A stretch of DNA of 64,000 nucleotides from Meiothermus sp. (GTDB taxonomy: Bacteria; Deinococcota; Deinococci; Deinococcales; Thermaceae), in contig NZ_BPIJ01000003.1 of assembly GCF_026004055.1 (NCBI RefSeq), positions 218,406-282,405 of the forward strand. Reading direction: 5' to 3'. Positions 8,940 through 18,535 of the stretch are shown here, piece by piece. The stretch's first letter is position 1. The number at the start of each line of letters is the position of its first letter. The notes under the pieces are model-generated. The model saw only the letters and a program-made list of their open reading frames with translations, had not been told where the DNA came from and made no database searches. Made by a program: the position numbers and the translations under genes.

Positions 8940-10769
8940 TTAGGCTCCTACCTTCTCGCTCAACTCCTTGAGGTCTTTGGCTTCAGCCACTTTGCGCATC
9001 TCTTCCGGCATCTCTGGCAGGGGTTCGGCCACCACGCTTAGGGTTCCATCGCTGTTGCGGCGGATGATGTGGTTGAGTTTGGCAAAGGTGGGGTCGGGGT
9101 CGGGGTAATCGAGGCGGGCGTGACCACCCCGGCTCTCCTTGCGGGCCAGCGCAGCCAGCACCACCGCCTCGGAAATCTCGACCATGAGTCGCATATCCAG
9201 CGCAGTATGCCAGCCGGGGTTGTAGGCCCGACTCCCGGAGACCGAGGTGTTCCAGGCCCGCTTTTTGAGGTTGGCGAGGATCTCGAGCTGGGCTTTCAGC
9301 TCCCCCTCTTCGCGCATAATGCCCGCGTTTTTCTGCATGGTAGCCCGAAGCTCTTTCATGAGGGCAAAGGGGTTCTCGCCCTGAGGGTTGTTGAAAGGCT
9401 GAAGGGCCTCGGCGATGTAGGCCCGCACCTGGGCCTCGTCTACCTGGAGCGAACCGGTCTGCTGCGCCGCGTACTCGGCAGCGGCCATCCCGGCCCTACG
9501 GCCAAAGACCACCAGGTCGGAAAGCGAGTTACCCCCCAGGCGGTTGGCTCCGTGCAGCCCGCCAGCCACTTCCCCAGCGGCGTAGAGACCGGGTACGTTG
9601 GTGGCCTGGGTGTCGGGGTCTACCCGCACCCCGCCCATCACGTAGTGGCAGGTGGGGCCCACCTCCATGGGCTCCTTGGTGATGTCCAGGTTGCCCAACT
9701 TCATGAACTGGTGGTACATGCTGGGGAGCTTCTTTTTGATGTAGTCCGCCGGGCGACGGCTGGCAATGTCCAAGTAGGCCCCGCCGTGGGGGCTGCCCCG
9801 GCCCTCGTTGACCTCCTTGCGGATGGCCCGGGCCACCACGTCACGGGTTAGCAGCTCCGGGGGCCGCCTGGCACTCCGGTCGCCCTGGAGCCAGCGCTCG
9901 GCTTCTTCCTCGGTTTCGGCGAACTCCCCCTTGTAGCGCTCGGGCACGTTGTCGAACATAAAGCGCTTGCCCTCGCTGTTCTTGAGCACGCCCCCCTCGC
10001 CCCGCACCCCTTCGGTGACCAGGATGCCCATCACACTGGGCGGCCAGACCATGCCGGTGGGGTGGAACTGGATGAACTCCATGTCGATTAGGTCGGCTCC
10101 TACCATGCTGGCCAGGGAGAAACCATCGCCGGTGCACTCCCAGGAATTCGAGGTGATCTGGTAGATGCGGCCCAGGCCCCCGGTCGCCAGCACCACCGCT
10201 TTGGCCCGGAAAACCAGGAACTCGCCCGTCTGGCGGTTGAAGCCCAGGGCCCCCACCACCCGGCCTGCATCGGTCAGGAGGCGGTAGATGGTGGTCTCCA
10301 TATGGGCATGAATGCCCATCTTCACTGCGTGGTCTTGCAGGGTGCGAATAAGCTCCAAGCCGGTGCGGTCGCCCACATGGGCCAGCCGGGGATAGGAGTG
10401 GCCGCCGAAGTTGCGCTGGTTGATTTTGCCGTCCGGGGTGCGGTCGAAGACGGCGCCCCACTGCTCGAGCTCGCGCACCCGGTCGGGGGCCTCCTTGGTG
10501 TAGTTCTCCACCATCTTCCAGTTGTTGAGCATGCCCCCGCCCTTGAGGGTGTCGCGGAAGTGCACCTTCCAGTTGTCCTCGGGGCGCACATTGCCCATGG
10601 CTGCCGCCATGCCGCCTTCAGCCATTACGGTGTGGGCTTTACCCAAAAGGCTCTTGGTGACCACCCCTACCCTGGCCCCTTTTTCGATGGCTGCGATGGC
10701 AGCCCGCAGTCCGGCGCCCCCCGCGCCGATGACCAGTACGTCGTAGTCATGAACGGTATAGGATTCCAT
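8940..10769 (-). CDS. sdhA: Succinate dehydrogenase/fumarate reductase flavoprotein subunit
   Basis: GAGGAGL, AHTVMAEGG (FAD-linking His), QFHPTG, EGVRGEGG, HGANRLGGNSL and ESRGGH motifs. Confidence 0.96.
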   Translation of the reverse strand: MESYTVHDYDVLVIGAGGAGLRAAIAAIEKGARVGVVTKSLLGKAHTVMAEGGMAAAMGNVRPEDNWKVHFRDTLKGGGMLNNWKMVENYTKEAPDRVRELEQWGAVFDRTPDGKINQRNFGGHSYPRLAHVGDRTGLELIRTLQDHAVKMGIHAHMETTIYRLLTDAGRVVGALGFNRQTGEFLVFRAKAVVLATGGLGRIYQITSNSWECTGDGFSLASMVGADLIDMEFIQFHPTGMVWPPSVMGILVTEGVRGEGGVLKNSEGKRFMFDNVPERYKGEFAETEEEAERWLQGDRSARRPPELLTRDVVARAIRKEVNEGRGSPHGGAYLDIASRRPADYIKKKLPSMYHQFMKLGNLDITKEPMEVGPTCHYVMGGVRVDPDTQATNVPGLYAAGEVAGGLHGANRLGGNSLSDLVVFGRRAGMAAAEYAAQQTGSLQVDEAQVRAYIAEALQPFNNPQGENPFALMKELRATMQKNAGIMREEGELKAQLEILANLKKRAWNTSVSGSRAYNPGWHTALDMRLMVEISEAVVLAALARKESRGGHARLDYPDPDPTFAKLNHIIRRNSDGTLSVVAEPLPEMPEEMRKVAEAKDLKELSEKVGA

Positions 10770-10781
10770 ATTCTGGCTCCT

Positions 10782-11558
10782 TTAGAACAGCCGGATGTCG
10801 GTGATGGTGCCCATCGAGCACAAGCGGATGTAGACATCGGTGAACCACACCGAAAGCATGCTGGTCACCCCCCAGAACCCGTGGCTTTCGTTGATGCGGC
10901 TGATACGCTGCCAGAGAGTGTAGCGGGTTTTGTGCTTGGACATGCAGTTGAGGCAGCCTCCCGCCAGGTGCCGCCAGGCGTGGCAGGAGAAGGTGTAGTA
11001 CGACAGCAGAATCACATTGCCCAGCATCACCAGGCTACCCACACCCACCCCAAAGCCGTCCTCGAAGAAGAAGGCCCGGATGGCGTCGTACCAGAGGAAG
11101 GCCACTACCGGCACCGAGAGATACCAGAAGTAGCGGTGCAGGTTGTTGAGTACGAAAGGAAAGGCCCGCTCCCCTTTGTAGGCCTTGCGCAACTCGGGCA
11201 CCGCACAGGCCGGGGGATCCCAGAAAAAGGCCCGATAGTAGGCCTTGCGGTAGTAGTAGCAGGTAGCACGGAAACCCAGGGGAATCCAAAGCACTAGGAA
11301 GGCCGGGGAGATGGCCAGCCAGTCTAGGTCTTTGGCGTGCACCCCCGGTATGGGTATGGAATAGAAAGGAGATAGGTAGGGCCCGAACTCAAAGTGTTGT
11401 CGGTTCCAGGCTACCCATAGGGCATATACCCCAAACAAGCCCAGGCTCAGCACGGTAAAAAGGGGCTCGATCCACCAGGCATCCTGCCGTTCTGTTTGCC
11501 GATTCTCTGTACCTGTTACAGGTTTCGTGCTCATTTCTTCTAAACTATAACCCTTCAT
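10782..11558 (-). CDS. Single membrane anchor subunit of Sdh1-type (type F) succinate dehydrogenase
   Basis: Multi-TM protein first in the sdh operon; PLGFRATCYYYRKAYYRAF, LHRYF and SCHAWRHLAGG resemble the actinobacterial Sdh1 anchor rather than SdhC/SdhD cytochrome b. Confidence 0.8.
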   Translation of the reverse strand: MKGYSLEEMSTKPVTGTENRQTERQDAWWIEPLFTVLSLGLFGVYALWVAWNRQHFEFGPYLSPFYSIPIPGVHAKDLDWLAISPAFLVLWIPLGFRATCYYYRKAYYRAFFWDPPACAVPELRKAYKGERAFPFVLNNLHRYFWYLSVPVVAFLWYDAIRAFFFEDGFGVGVGSLVMLGNVILLSYYTFSCHAWRHLAGGCLNCMSKHKTRYTLWQRISRINESHGFWGVTSMLSVWFTDVYIRLCSMGTITDIRLF

Positions 11559-11650
11559 CGGCCTCCGCGGAAACCTTCAGAGACCACACTAAGGCCGCAA
11601 AAGCACTGGTGTAATTAATAACGATTATCACGCAAAGCACTCTAACCTGA

Positions 11651-11679
11651 TTGACAGGCCGCCCCCTCGAGCCCATAAT
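11651..11679 (+). promoter_or_regulatory. Sigma70-type promoter for speD
   Basis: TTGACA (11651-11656), N17, CATAAT (11674-11679). Confidence 0.8.
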
Positions 11680-11787
11680 TGGGGGCTGTTAAGACGTCCC
11701 ACGGGTGGCCGTCTAACATGGAGCTGCGGACAAGGCAAGAGGCTAAGCCCGTTGCTTGAAAGCCGCAAGCTTTTGGAGGTTACGAGG

Positions 11788-12228
11788 TTGGAACTGTTCG
11801 GTTTTGGCCCGCACCTAATGATTGATGGCTACCACGCAAACGCCGACAAACTGGCCGATTTTGAGCTTATTCGGCAGGTGTTGGATCGGCTACCCGAAGA
11901 GATGGAGATGACCAAGGTGCTGCCGCCGGTGGTGCAGCGCTACCCCGCTTTGCCCGGTCATGTAGAGGGCATCACCGGGGTGGTGATCATTGCCGAAAGC
12001 CACATCGCCATCCACACCTTCCCCAGTGAGCGCTTCATTAGCGTAGATATCTTTTCCTGCAAGGAATTTGATTTGGGCAAAGCGCTCAAGCGAGTAGTGG
12101 AGCACTTCGAGATAGGCCGCTACGAAACCTACCTGATCAACCGAGGTAAGGAGTACCCTAAGGACATTGAGCTGGCTCGGCAAATTGCGGCGGGAGAACG
12201 CGAGTACATCGAGGCTCGCATAGGCTAA
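11788..12228 (+). CDS. speD: S-adenosylmethionine decarboxylase proenzyme family (pyruvoyl-dependent)
   Basis: GPHL..DGY, GITGVVIIAESHIAIHTFP self-cleavage motif and VDIFSC; TTG start after GGAGG (11775-11779). Confidence 0.85.
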   Translation: MELFGFGPHLMIDGYHANADKLADFELIRQVLDRLPEEMEMTKVLPPVVQRYPALPGHVEGITGVVIIAESHIAIHTFPSERFISVDIFSCKEFDLGKALKRVVEHFEIGRYETYLINRGKEYPKDIELARQIAAGEREYIEARIG

Positions 12229-13067
12229 ACCTTGGCACGCTCGAGCCCATCTGCATCTGCTTCGTAGTCTGCCCTAGACCAGCCCAGCCGCGCCGAGACC
12301 GCATCGGCGGCCTGGCGTACCCGTGCCCCTAGTTCGGGTAACCGCTCGTCGGGAACCCGGGTCGCAGGCGCCGAGAGCGACAGGGAGGCGACTACCTTAC
12401 CCCGGTTGTCGTGAATGGGGGCTGCCACGCAGCGCACTCCATCTTCCCGCTCTTCGTCGTCCAGCACATACCGGCGCCGACGGGCCTCTTGCAGGGTTTG
12501 CAGAAAGCGATCCAGGGTGGTAATGGTCTTGGCGGTATAGGGCTTGAAAGGCCCCACCCCCACAATGCGCCGCACCTCGGCCTCGCTGTGTTCTAGGAGC
12601 AGGGCCTTGCCCACCCCGGTGCAGTAGATGGGGGCCCGGGCCCCAATGCGGGTAAACATGCGGATAAGCTGCCGCCCCTCCACCTGGGCGATGTAGATCA
12701 CCTCGTGGCCGTCTAGCACGGCCAGGTTGACGGTCTCGTTGAGCTCGTCGACCAGCTTTTCCATCTCCGGGGTGGCTGCTTCAATCAGGCCCCCCCGCGT
12801 TAGGAAGGCCGAGCCTACCTGATAGGCCCGCAGGCCCACCTTCCACAAACCCCTGGCCTCGTCCCAGTCCACAAAGCCGCGCCGACGCAGGGTTTCTAAG
12901 AGCCGGTAGGCGGTGCTGGGGGAAAGATCGGTTTTGCGGGCCAGTTCGGAGAGGGAAAGGGTCTCGGTCTCGGATAGCACTTCCAAAAGGTGCAGGCCGC
13001 GCTCGAGCGTTCTTACTTCCCCCACCTCGGTTTTGCGGGTGCGTCCGGGGCGGCGCTTGGTTTCCAT
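12225..13067 (-). CDS. IclR-family transcriptional regulator
   Basis: TLERGL.LL, HTH, ETVNLAVL, PIYCTGVGKALL and GVRCVAAPI; divergent from aceB. Confidence 0.92.
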   Translation of the reverse strand: METKRRPGRTRKTEVGEVRTLERGLHLLEVLSETETLSLSELARKTDLSPSTAYRLLETLRRRGFVDWDEARGLWKVGLRAYQVGSAFLTRGGLIEAATPEMEKLVDELNETVNLAVLDGHEVIYIAQVEGRQLIRMFTRIGARAPIYCTGVGKALLLEHSEAEVRRIVGVGPFKPYTAKTITTLDRFLQTLQEARRRRYVLDDEEREDGVRCVAAPIHDNRGKVVASLSLSAPATRVPDERLPELGARVRQAADAVSARLGWSRADYEADADGLERAKV

Positions 13068-13125
13068 GGCCTTAGACTAAAGCAGGGCTTTATATTTTTC
13101 AACAGACGCAAAACAATATCATTCA

Positions 13126-13155
13126 TTGACAAACTTCGCGCAAGGGAATTAGGCT
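13126..13155 (+). promoter_or_regulatory. Sigma70-type promoter for aceB
   Basis: TTGACA (13126-13131), N18, TAGGCT (13150-13155). Confidence 0.65.
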
Positions 13156-13205
13156 TGGGCTGAACCGAAGCATCCGGCTTCGACCCAAATCGTAAGGAGA
13201 TGTCC

Positions 13206-14783
13206 ATGCGTGAGATGCCCAAAGGTGTACAGATCCTCGGCCCCCACTTGCCCGCTTCCGACACGGTGCTCACCCCCGAGGCCCTGGCTTTTGTGGCCGG
13301 GCTCCAGCGCGAATTCAACGCAGTTCGCAAAGGCTTGTTGCAACGCCGGGCAGAGGTGGCCCAGCGTATTCAGGCCGGAGAAAAGCCGGGTTTTTTGGAG
13401 CACACACGGTTTATCCGTGAAGGGGACTGGCAGGTAGCCCCCGCACCGCCCGACCTTACCGATCGCAGGGTCGAGATTACCGGCCCCACCGAGCGCAAGA
13501 TGATGATCAACGCCCTCAACTCGGGGGCCCGGGTTTTCATGGCCGACTGCGAAGACTCCCTCTCGCCCACCTGGGAGAACGTGGTGCAGGGCCAGCAGAA
13601 CCTGATGGACGCAGTGCGCCGCACCATCCGCCTGAGTACGCCCGAAAAGGAATACCAGCTGAACGAGAAAATCGCTACTTTGCTGGTGCGCCCGAGAGGC
13701 TGGCACCTGGTGGAGCGGCACGTGCTGGTGGATGGTGAACCCATGTCGGGGAGCCTCTTCGACTTTGGGCTGTATTTTTTCCACAACGCCCACGAGCTAC
13801 TGCGGCGGGGTAGCGGGCCCTACTTCTACCTACCCAAGCTCGAGAGCCACCTCGAGGCCCGCCTTTGGAACGAGGTCTTCAAGTTTGCCCAAGGCTACTT
13901 GGGTATCCCCCAGGGCACCATCCGGGCCACGGTGCTCATTGAGACCATTCTAGCCGCCTTCGAGATGGAGGAAATCCTCTACGAGCTGCGCGAGCACGCC
14001 GCCGGTCTCAATGCCGGGCGCTGGGACTACATTTTTAGCTGCATCAAGAAGTTCGCCACCCACGATGTGCTCTTCCCCGACCGGGCTCAGGTCACCATGA
14101 CCGTGCCCTTCATGCGGGCCTATACCGAGCTGCTGGTGCGTACCTGTCACAAGCGCGGTGCCCACGCCATTGGGGGGATGTCGGCCTTCATCCCCAGCCG
14201 AAAAGACCCCGAGGTGAACGCCCGGGCCATCGAGCAGGTCACCAAGGACAAGGAGCGCGAAGCGGGCGACGGCTTCGACGGCACCTGGGTAGCCCACCCC
14301 GACCTGGTGCCGGTAGCAATGGCGGTCTTCGACCGGGTGCTGGGCGAGAAGCCCCACCAGAAAGACCGTCTGCGCGAGGATGTGGACGGCCAGATCAGGG
14401 CCGAGCAATTGATTGACTTCAACGTGCCGGGCGGCAAGATTACCGAGGCCGGGATTCGCAACAACATCAGCGTGGAGCTTCAGTACATGGCGGCCTGGCT
14501 AGGGGGCAGCGGGGCGGTGGCCATTTTCAATCTGATGGAAGATGCTGCTACCGCCGAAATTTCCCGTTCGCAACTGTGGCAGTGGCTGCGGAAGGGTGCC
14601 AAGCTGGACGACGGGCGCACCTTCACCCCAGAGCTATACCAGCAGCTCAAGCAGGAGGAGATGGCCAAGCTGGCCGGGCTCAAGAACCTCGAGGCCGCCG
14701 CCCAACTGCTGGACGAACTGGTGCTGCAACCCGAGTTCAAAGAGTTCTTGACTCTGCCGGCTTACGAGCGACTCGGCGGATAA
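13206..14783 (+). CDS. aceB: Malate synthase A
   Basis: [46 protein letters not shown] and [12 protein letters not shown]; SD AAGGAG favours ATG 13206. Confidence 0.96.
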   Translation: MREMPKGVQILGPHLPASDTVLTPEALAFVAGLQREFNAVRKGLLQRRAEVAQRIQAGEKPGFLEHTRFIREGDWQVAPAPPDLTDRRVEITGPTERKMMINALNSGARVFMADCEDSLSPTWENVVQGQQNLMDAVRRTIRLSTPEKEYQLNEKIATLLVRPRGWHLVERHVLVDGEPMSGSLFDFGLYFFHNAHELLRRGSGPYFYLPKLESHLEARLWNEVFKFAQGYLGIPQGTIRATVLIETILAAFEMEEILYELREHAAGLNAGRWDYIFSCIKKFATHDVLFPDRAQVTMTVPFMRAYTELLVRTCHKRGAHAIGGMSAFIPSRKDPEVNARAIEQVTKDKEREAGDGFDGTWVAHPDLVPVAMAVFDRVLGEKPHQKDRLREDVDGQIRAEQLIDFNVPGGKITEAGIRNNISVELQYMAAWLGGSGAVAIFNLMEDAATAEISRSQLWQWLRKGAKLDDGRTFTPELYQQLKQEEMAKLAGLKNLEAAAQLLDELVLQPEFKEFLTLPAYERLGG

Positions 14784-14874
14784 AGGGTTCTACTGGGTTT
14801 TTCACCCTTTGTACTGTGTCGCATAAAAGCCCATACAGCCCCCTCCACACGGTCAACGAAGTAAATCAATATCA

Positions 14875-14998
14875 TACCGGATTCAAAAAGATAGTCTTCA
14901 AAACAAACAACCCTGGGGGCTATCTTTTTGAATCCTAGAGCACTCCTTTGGTCGGGTTAGTTCGTCACCGAACGGTGACGAACTAACCGAATCTGGTA
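14875..14998. mobile_element. MITE family D (124 bp), IS630-like ends, 3-bp TCA direct repeat
   Basis: Ends TACCGGATTC...GAATCTGGTA flanked by TCA (14872-14874) and TCA (14999-15001); two long internal hairpins. Confidence 0.8.
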
Positions 14999-15019
14999 TC
15001 AATCCCCACCCGGACTTGC

Positions 15020-15134
15020 TCTGTCCCTCCCCTACCTCGTAGGGGAGGCCAGGTGGGGTGGCTGACCTGGCCCTACACGCCAGCATGGGGGCCTTGCCCG
15101 ATACTCTCCCCCACCCTTCCCCCGGTAGGGAGGG
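15020..15134. repeat. Internal fragment of MITE family A
   Basis: Shares the CCTCCCCTAC..GTAGGGGAGGCCAGGTGGGGTGGCTGACCTGGCCCT core with full copies. Confidence 0.7.
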
Positions 15135-15171
15135 ACTCGAGGGCTATCGCTCTTTGGACGTTGGAATTGTG

Positions 15172-15262
15172 TCGCGGTTCCCCCCAAAAGGGCCCACGCG
15201 GTGGCTCGTATTGTAGTCCCTACAGCAAAAACCGCTGTAGGGACTATTCGTGGGAACCGCTC
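15172..15262. repeat. Repeat/MITE family B (about 90 bp)
   Basis: Reverse-complement match to 27658-27748; internal hairpin GTCCCTACAGC..GCTGTAGGGAC. Confidence 0.8.
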
Positions 15263-15273
15263 TAAACCATCGG

Positions 15274-15510
15274 CTACTTCGGAATCGGTACATCGGCCTG
15301 GAGTTTCATTTTGTCGTCCAGGGTTTCCACGTAGATGGAAAGGTTCTCCTCGTCGGGGAAGTAGCGCTTCAGCACCGTCAGCAGGTCTTGCTTGAGCTGC
15401 TCCACCATGCCGGGGCTCAGGTGGGCCCGGTCGTAGGCCAGCACCACCTTGAGGCGGTCTTTCAGGGTATCCTTGCTGCTTTTCGCACCAAAAGGCCACC
15501 AGCCCATCAT
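15274..15510 (-). CDS. minE: Cell division topological specificity factor MinE
   Basis: KDRLKVVLAYDR, LKQDLL.VLKRY and LQADVPI; overlaps the minD stop. Confidence 0.9.
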   Translation of the reverse strand: MMGWWPFGAKSSKDTLKDRLKVVLAYDRAHLSPGMVEQLKQDLLTVLKRYFPDEENLSIYVETLDDKMKLQADVPIPK

Positions 15511-16310
15511 CTACCCCCAAACAAGCGGCGCAGCGTGCCCAAAAAGCCCGGCGAGTCGTTCAGGGGGGCAAAAGGCACATCCTCGCCCCGTACCCGCTGG
15601 GCAATCTCCACAAAAGCCTTGCCCGCCGCTGTACCGTTCTTGAGCACCAGCGGCTCGCCCTGGTTGGACGAGACCAGCACCCCCTCGTCTTCGGGCACGA
15701 TGCCGATGGGCTTGATGCCCAGGATTTCCACCACATCCTCCACCGAGAGCATGTCGCCGCGCTGCACCATCTTGGGGCGCAGGCGGTTGATGACCAGGAA
15801 GTTCTCCCGGATTTCGCGGGCTTCCAGCATTCCGATAATCCGGTCGGCGTCGCGCACGCTCGAGACCTCCGGGTTCACCACCACCAAAGCCCCCTCGGCG
15901 GGGGTGGCGGCGGTCTGGAAGCCCTTCTCGATACCGGCCGGCGAGTCAATCAACACCCGGTCGAAGCCCTCTTCCTCTAGCAGGGCCCGCACAATCTGGC
16001 GGAACTTCTCCGGGTCGAGCGATTCCTTGTCCTTGGTCTGCGAGGCCGCCAGCAAGGCCAGCCCCTCGATACGCTTGTCGCGGATCAGCGCCTGGCGCAG
16101 CTTGCAGCGCCCCTCAATTACGTCAATCAGGTCGTAGACCACCCGGCCCTCGAGGCCCATCACCACATCCAGGTTGCGCAGCCCCACATCCACATCTATC
16201 ACGGCCACTTTCTCGCCCAACCTGGCCAATGCTGCACCCACATTCGCAGTGGTGGTGGTCTTGCCCACCCCACCTTTTCCCGATGTCACCACAATCGCAC
16301 GGGCATTCAC
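15507..16310 (-). CDS. minD: Septum site-determining protein MinD
   Basis: VTSGKGGVGKTT, DVDVGLRNLD, DSPAGIEKGF and PEVSSVRDADR; GTG start after GGAGG. Confidence 0.96.
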   Translation of the reverse strand: MNARAIVVTSGKGGVGKTTTTANVGAALARLGEKVAVIDVDVGLRNLDVVMGLEGRVVYDLIDVIEGRCKLRQALIRDKRIEGLALLAASQTKDKESLDPEKFRQIVRALLEEEGFDRVLIDSPAGIEKGFQTAATPAEGALVVVNPEVSSVRDADRIIGMLEAREIRENFLVINRLRPKMVQRGDMLSVEDVVEILGIKPIGIVPEDEGVLVSSNQGEPLVLKNGTAAGKAFVEIAQRVRGEDVPFAPLNDSPGFLGTLRRLFGGR

Positions 16311-16497
16311 GCTCAATCCTCCAGGGCTCAAGCCACACTGGCTTGGGTTGCTCAAACTGAGACTAGTATACGGGCAAGGGGGTTCCTGTGTCAGGCTGAG
16401 GTCAGCACAGCTTAAGGGGCCTCTTTTGGTGCAAAATGGTTCGGTGCTCAAACGGGTTGGGACTCAGTGGAAGTTTACAAAGCGTTACAATTAGGGC

Positions 16498-16662
16498 ATG
16501 GACAAACCCCAAAAACCAGATGCAAAGCAGGGTGAAATCAAGCCCGATTGGAAGGACTTTGTGGCCCTGGTGATGGCCGCTTACTCCATCTTGCTACCTC
16601 CGTTGTTGCTAATTTTTGGAGCCGCTTTGTTGGTATTGCTGCTGTTTTACGTGGTTTTTTGA
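16498..16662 (+). CDS. Small (54 aa) putative membrane protein, absent from the ORF track
   Basis: MDKPQKPDAKQGEIKPDWKDFVALVMAAYSILLPPLLLIFGAALLVLLLFYVVF; TACAAT lies 6 nt before the ATG (leaderless pattern). Confidence 0.6.
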   Translation: MDKPQKPDAKQGEIKPDWKDFVALVMAAYSILLPPLLLIFGAALLVLLLFYVVF

Positions 16663-16824
16663 AACCGGGCCCTATGGAAGCGACCCTGCGACTGTTGCCC
16701 CCTGCCCAAGGAGTGTATTGGGTTTGTCGCATCGGGCAGCCCCTCACGAAACCAACTACGTATCGGGCCCAGGATTTTGGAAATGCAGCCTTTTTGGAAC
16801 CTCGGTGTACTGTAAGGAGAGTCC

Positions 16825-18381
16825 ATGAAAGCCACCGTTGAATACCTGTTTGAGTCGTTACCGGAGGGATACCAGGAGCGCCTGGGCCGCCCCGGAGTCT
16901 ATCCTTTTACGCGGGGCGTCTATCCCAAGATGTACATCGACCGCCCCTGGACGATGCGGCAGTACGCGGGCTTTAGCAGCGCCGAAGAGTCCAACGCCCG
17001 CTACCGCTACCTGCTTTCGCAAGGCCAGACCGGGCTCTCGGTGGCCTTTGACCTACCCACCCAGCTCGGGTTAGACCCCGACCACCCCCTGAGCGTGGGT
17101 GAGGTGGGCAAAGTGGGGGTCTCGATTGCCTGCATCGAGGACATGCGCACCCTGCTGAACGGGATTCCACTGGATCAGGTCACCACCAGCATGACCATCA
17201 ATGCCCCGGCCAACATGCTACTGGCCTTGTACCTGTTGGTTGCCGAGGAGCAAGGCGTGAGCTGGGACAAGCTGGGCGGCACCATCCAGAACGACATCCT
17301 GAAGGAGTACATCGCCCGCGGCACCTACATTTATCCCCCCGGGCCCTCCATGCGGCTAATTACCGATGTCTTTGCTTTTTGTGGCGAGAAAGTGCCCCGC
17401 TGGAACACCATCAGCATCTCGGGGTATCACATCCGCGAAGCAGGCTCCACCGCCGCGCAGGAGATTGCCTTCACCCTGGCCAACGGCATGGCCTATGTGC
17501 GGGCCGCCATCGAGGCAGGGCTGGATGTAGATGCTTTTGCACCCCGGCTTTCTTTCTTCTTTGCCGCCCACAACGACATCCTCGAGGAAGCCGCCAAGTT
17601 CCGCGCAGCCCGGCGCATGTGGGCCCGCATCATGCGTTACGAGTTCAAAGCCCAAGACCCCAAGAGCTGGATGCTGCGCTTCCACACCCAGACCGGCGGC
17701 TCCACCCTCACCGCCCAGGAGCCCCTAGGCAACGTGGTGCGCACCGCCTACCAGGCCCTGGCAGCAGTGCTAGGCGGCACCCAGAGCCTGCACACCAACG
17801 CCTACGACGAGGCGTTGGGTCTGCCCACCGAAAAAAGCGCCTTGTTGGCCTTGCGTACCCAGCAAATACTGGCCTACGAATCGGGCGTAACCCGCGCGGT
17901 AGACCCGCTGGGGGGCAGCTTCTACGTGGAACACCTGACCGATTCGCTCGAGGCCGAAGCCCAAGAGTATCTCGACCAGATCGCCAAGCTCGGCGGCGCG
18001 GTTGCGGCGGTGGAGGCAGGTTTCTTCCAGCGAGAAATAGAAGAATCGGCCTGGGAGTTCCAACGCCAGGTAGAAGGCGGTCAGCGAATTATTGTGGGGG
18101 TCAATCGCTTCAACAACCCCGACTCCCCCCTCAACGAGCCCACCCCGGTGCAAAAAGTCGGCGATGAGCTAGGCAAGCGCCGTAAGGCCCAAATCCAGGC
18201 CTTCCGCGCCAGGCGCGACGGCCAGGCCACCGGCAACGCCCTGGAAGCCCTGCGCAAGGCCGCAAAAGGCCGGGACAATCTGATGCCCTTTATCCTCGAG
18301 GCTTTCCGTCGCCAGGCCACTTTGGGCGAGGTGTGCGGCGTGCTGCGCGAGGAGTGGGGGGAGTACCAGCCGTCGTATTGA
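16825..18381 (+). CDS. Methylmalonyl-CoA mutase, substrate-binding large subunit (no B12 domain)
   Basis: [47 protein letters not shown] and GVNRF motifs. Confidence 0.93.
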   Translation: MKATVEYLFESLPEGYQERLGRPGVYPFTRGVYPKMYIDRPWTMRQYAGFSSAEESNARYRYLLSQGQTGLSVAFDLPTQLGLDPDHPLSVGEVGKVGVSIACIEDMRTLLNGIPLDQVTTSMTINAPANMLLALYLLVAEEQGVSWDKLGGTIQNDILKEYIARGTYIYPPGPSMRLITDVFAFCGEKVPRWNTISISGYHIREAGSTAAQEIAFTLANGMAYVRAAIEAGLDVDAFAPRLSFFFAAHNDILEEAAKFRAARRMWARIMRYEFKAQDPKSWMLRFHTQTGGSTLTAQEPLGNVVRTAYQALAAVLGGTQSLHTNAYDEALGLPTEKSALLALRTQQILAYESGVTRAVDPLGGSFYVEHLTDSLEAEAQEYLDQIAKLGGAVAAVEAGFFQREIEESAWEFQRQVEGGQRIIVGVNRFNNPDSPLNEPTPVQKVGDELGKRRKAQIQAFRARRDGQATGNALEALRKAAKGRDNLMPFILEAFRRQATLGEVCGVLREEWGEYQPSY

Positions 18382-18535
18382 GTAGAGGGGCAGAAGTACC
18401 TGGTCATTGAAGTGTTGCCAGGCCCCTTTCCCTCAGGGCGAAGCACGGTCACCCACTAATCTTCTTTGCCCTTGCAACCCAACCCCGTTACTTAAAGCCT
18501 CTCTTTAGCCCCCCCTCACACCCAGCCCTAACCCG

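Noticed and set aside
11725-11775. CAAGAG/GCCCG/GAAAGCC/GCAA words resembling a SAM-I or spermidine riboswitch
   Set aside because: P1 (AUC..GAU), the kink-turn and P3/P4 cannot be built; kept only as an unclassified structured leader.
13090-13120. TTTTCAACAGACGCAAAA as the IclR operator
   Set aside because: Only a weak palindrome in an AT-rich spacer; not distinguishable from chance without orthologs.
16548-16841. ORFs 16548-16841 and 16616-16828
   Set aside because: No start signals, and they overlap the better-supported 54-aa ORF and the mutase start.
18382-18460. In-frame continuation after the mutase TGA (VEGQKYLVIEV...) as possible read-through or selenocysteine
   Set aside because: The mutase C-terminus (EEWGEY) is already complete and no SECIS-like hairpin is evident.
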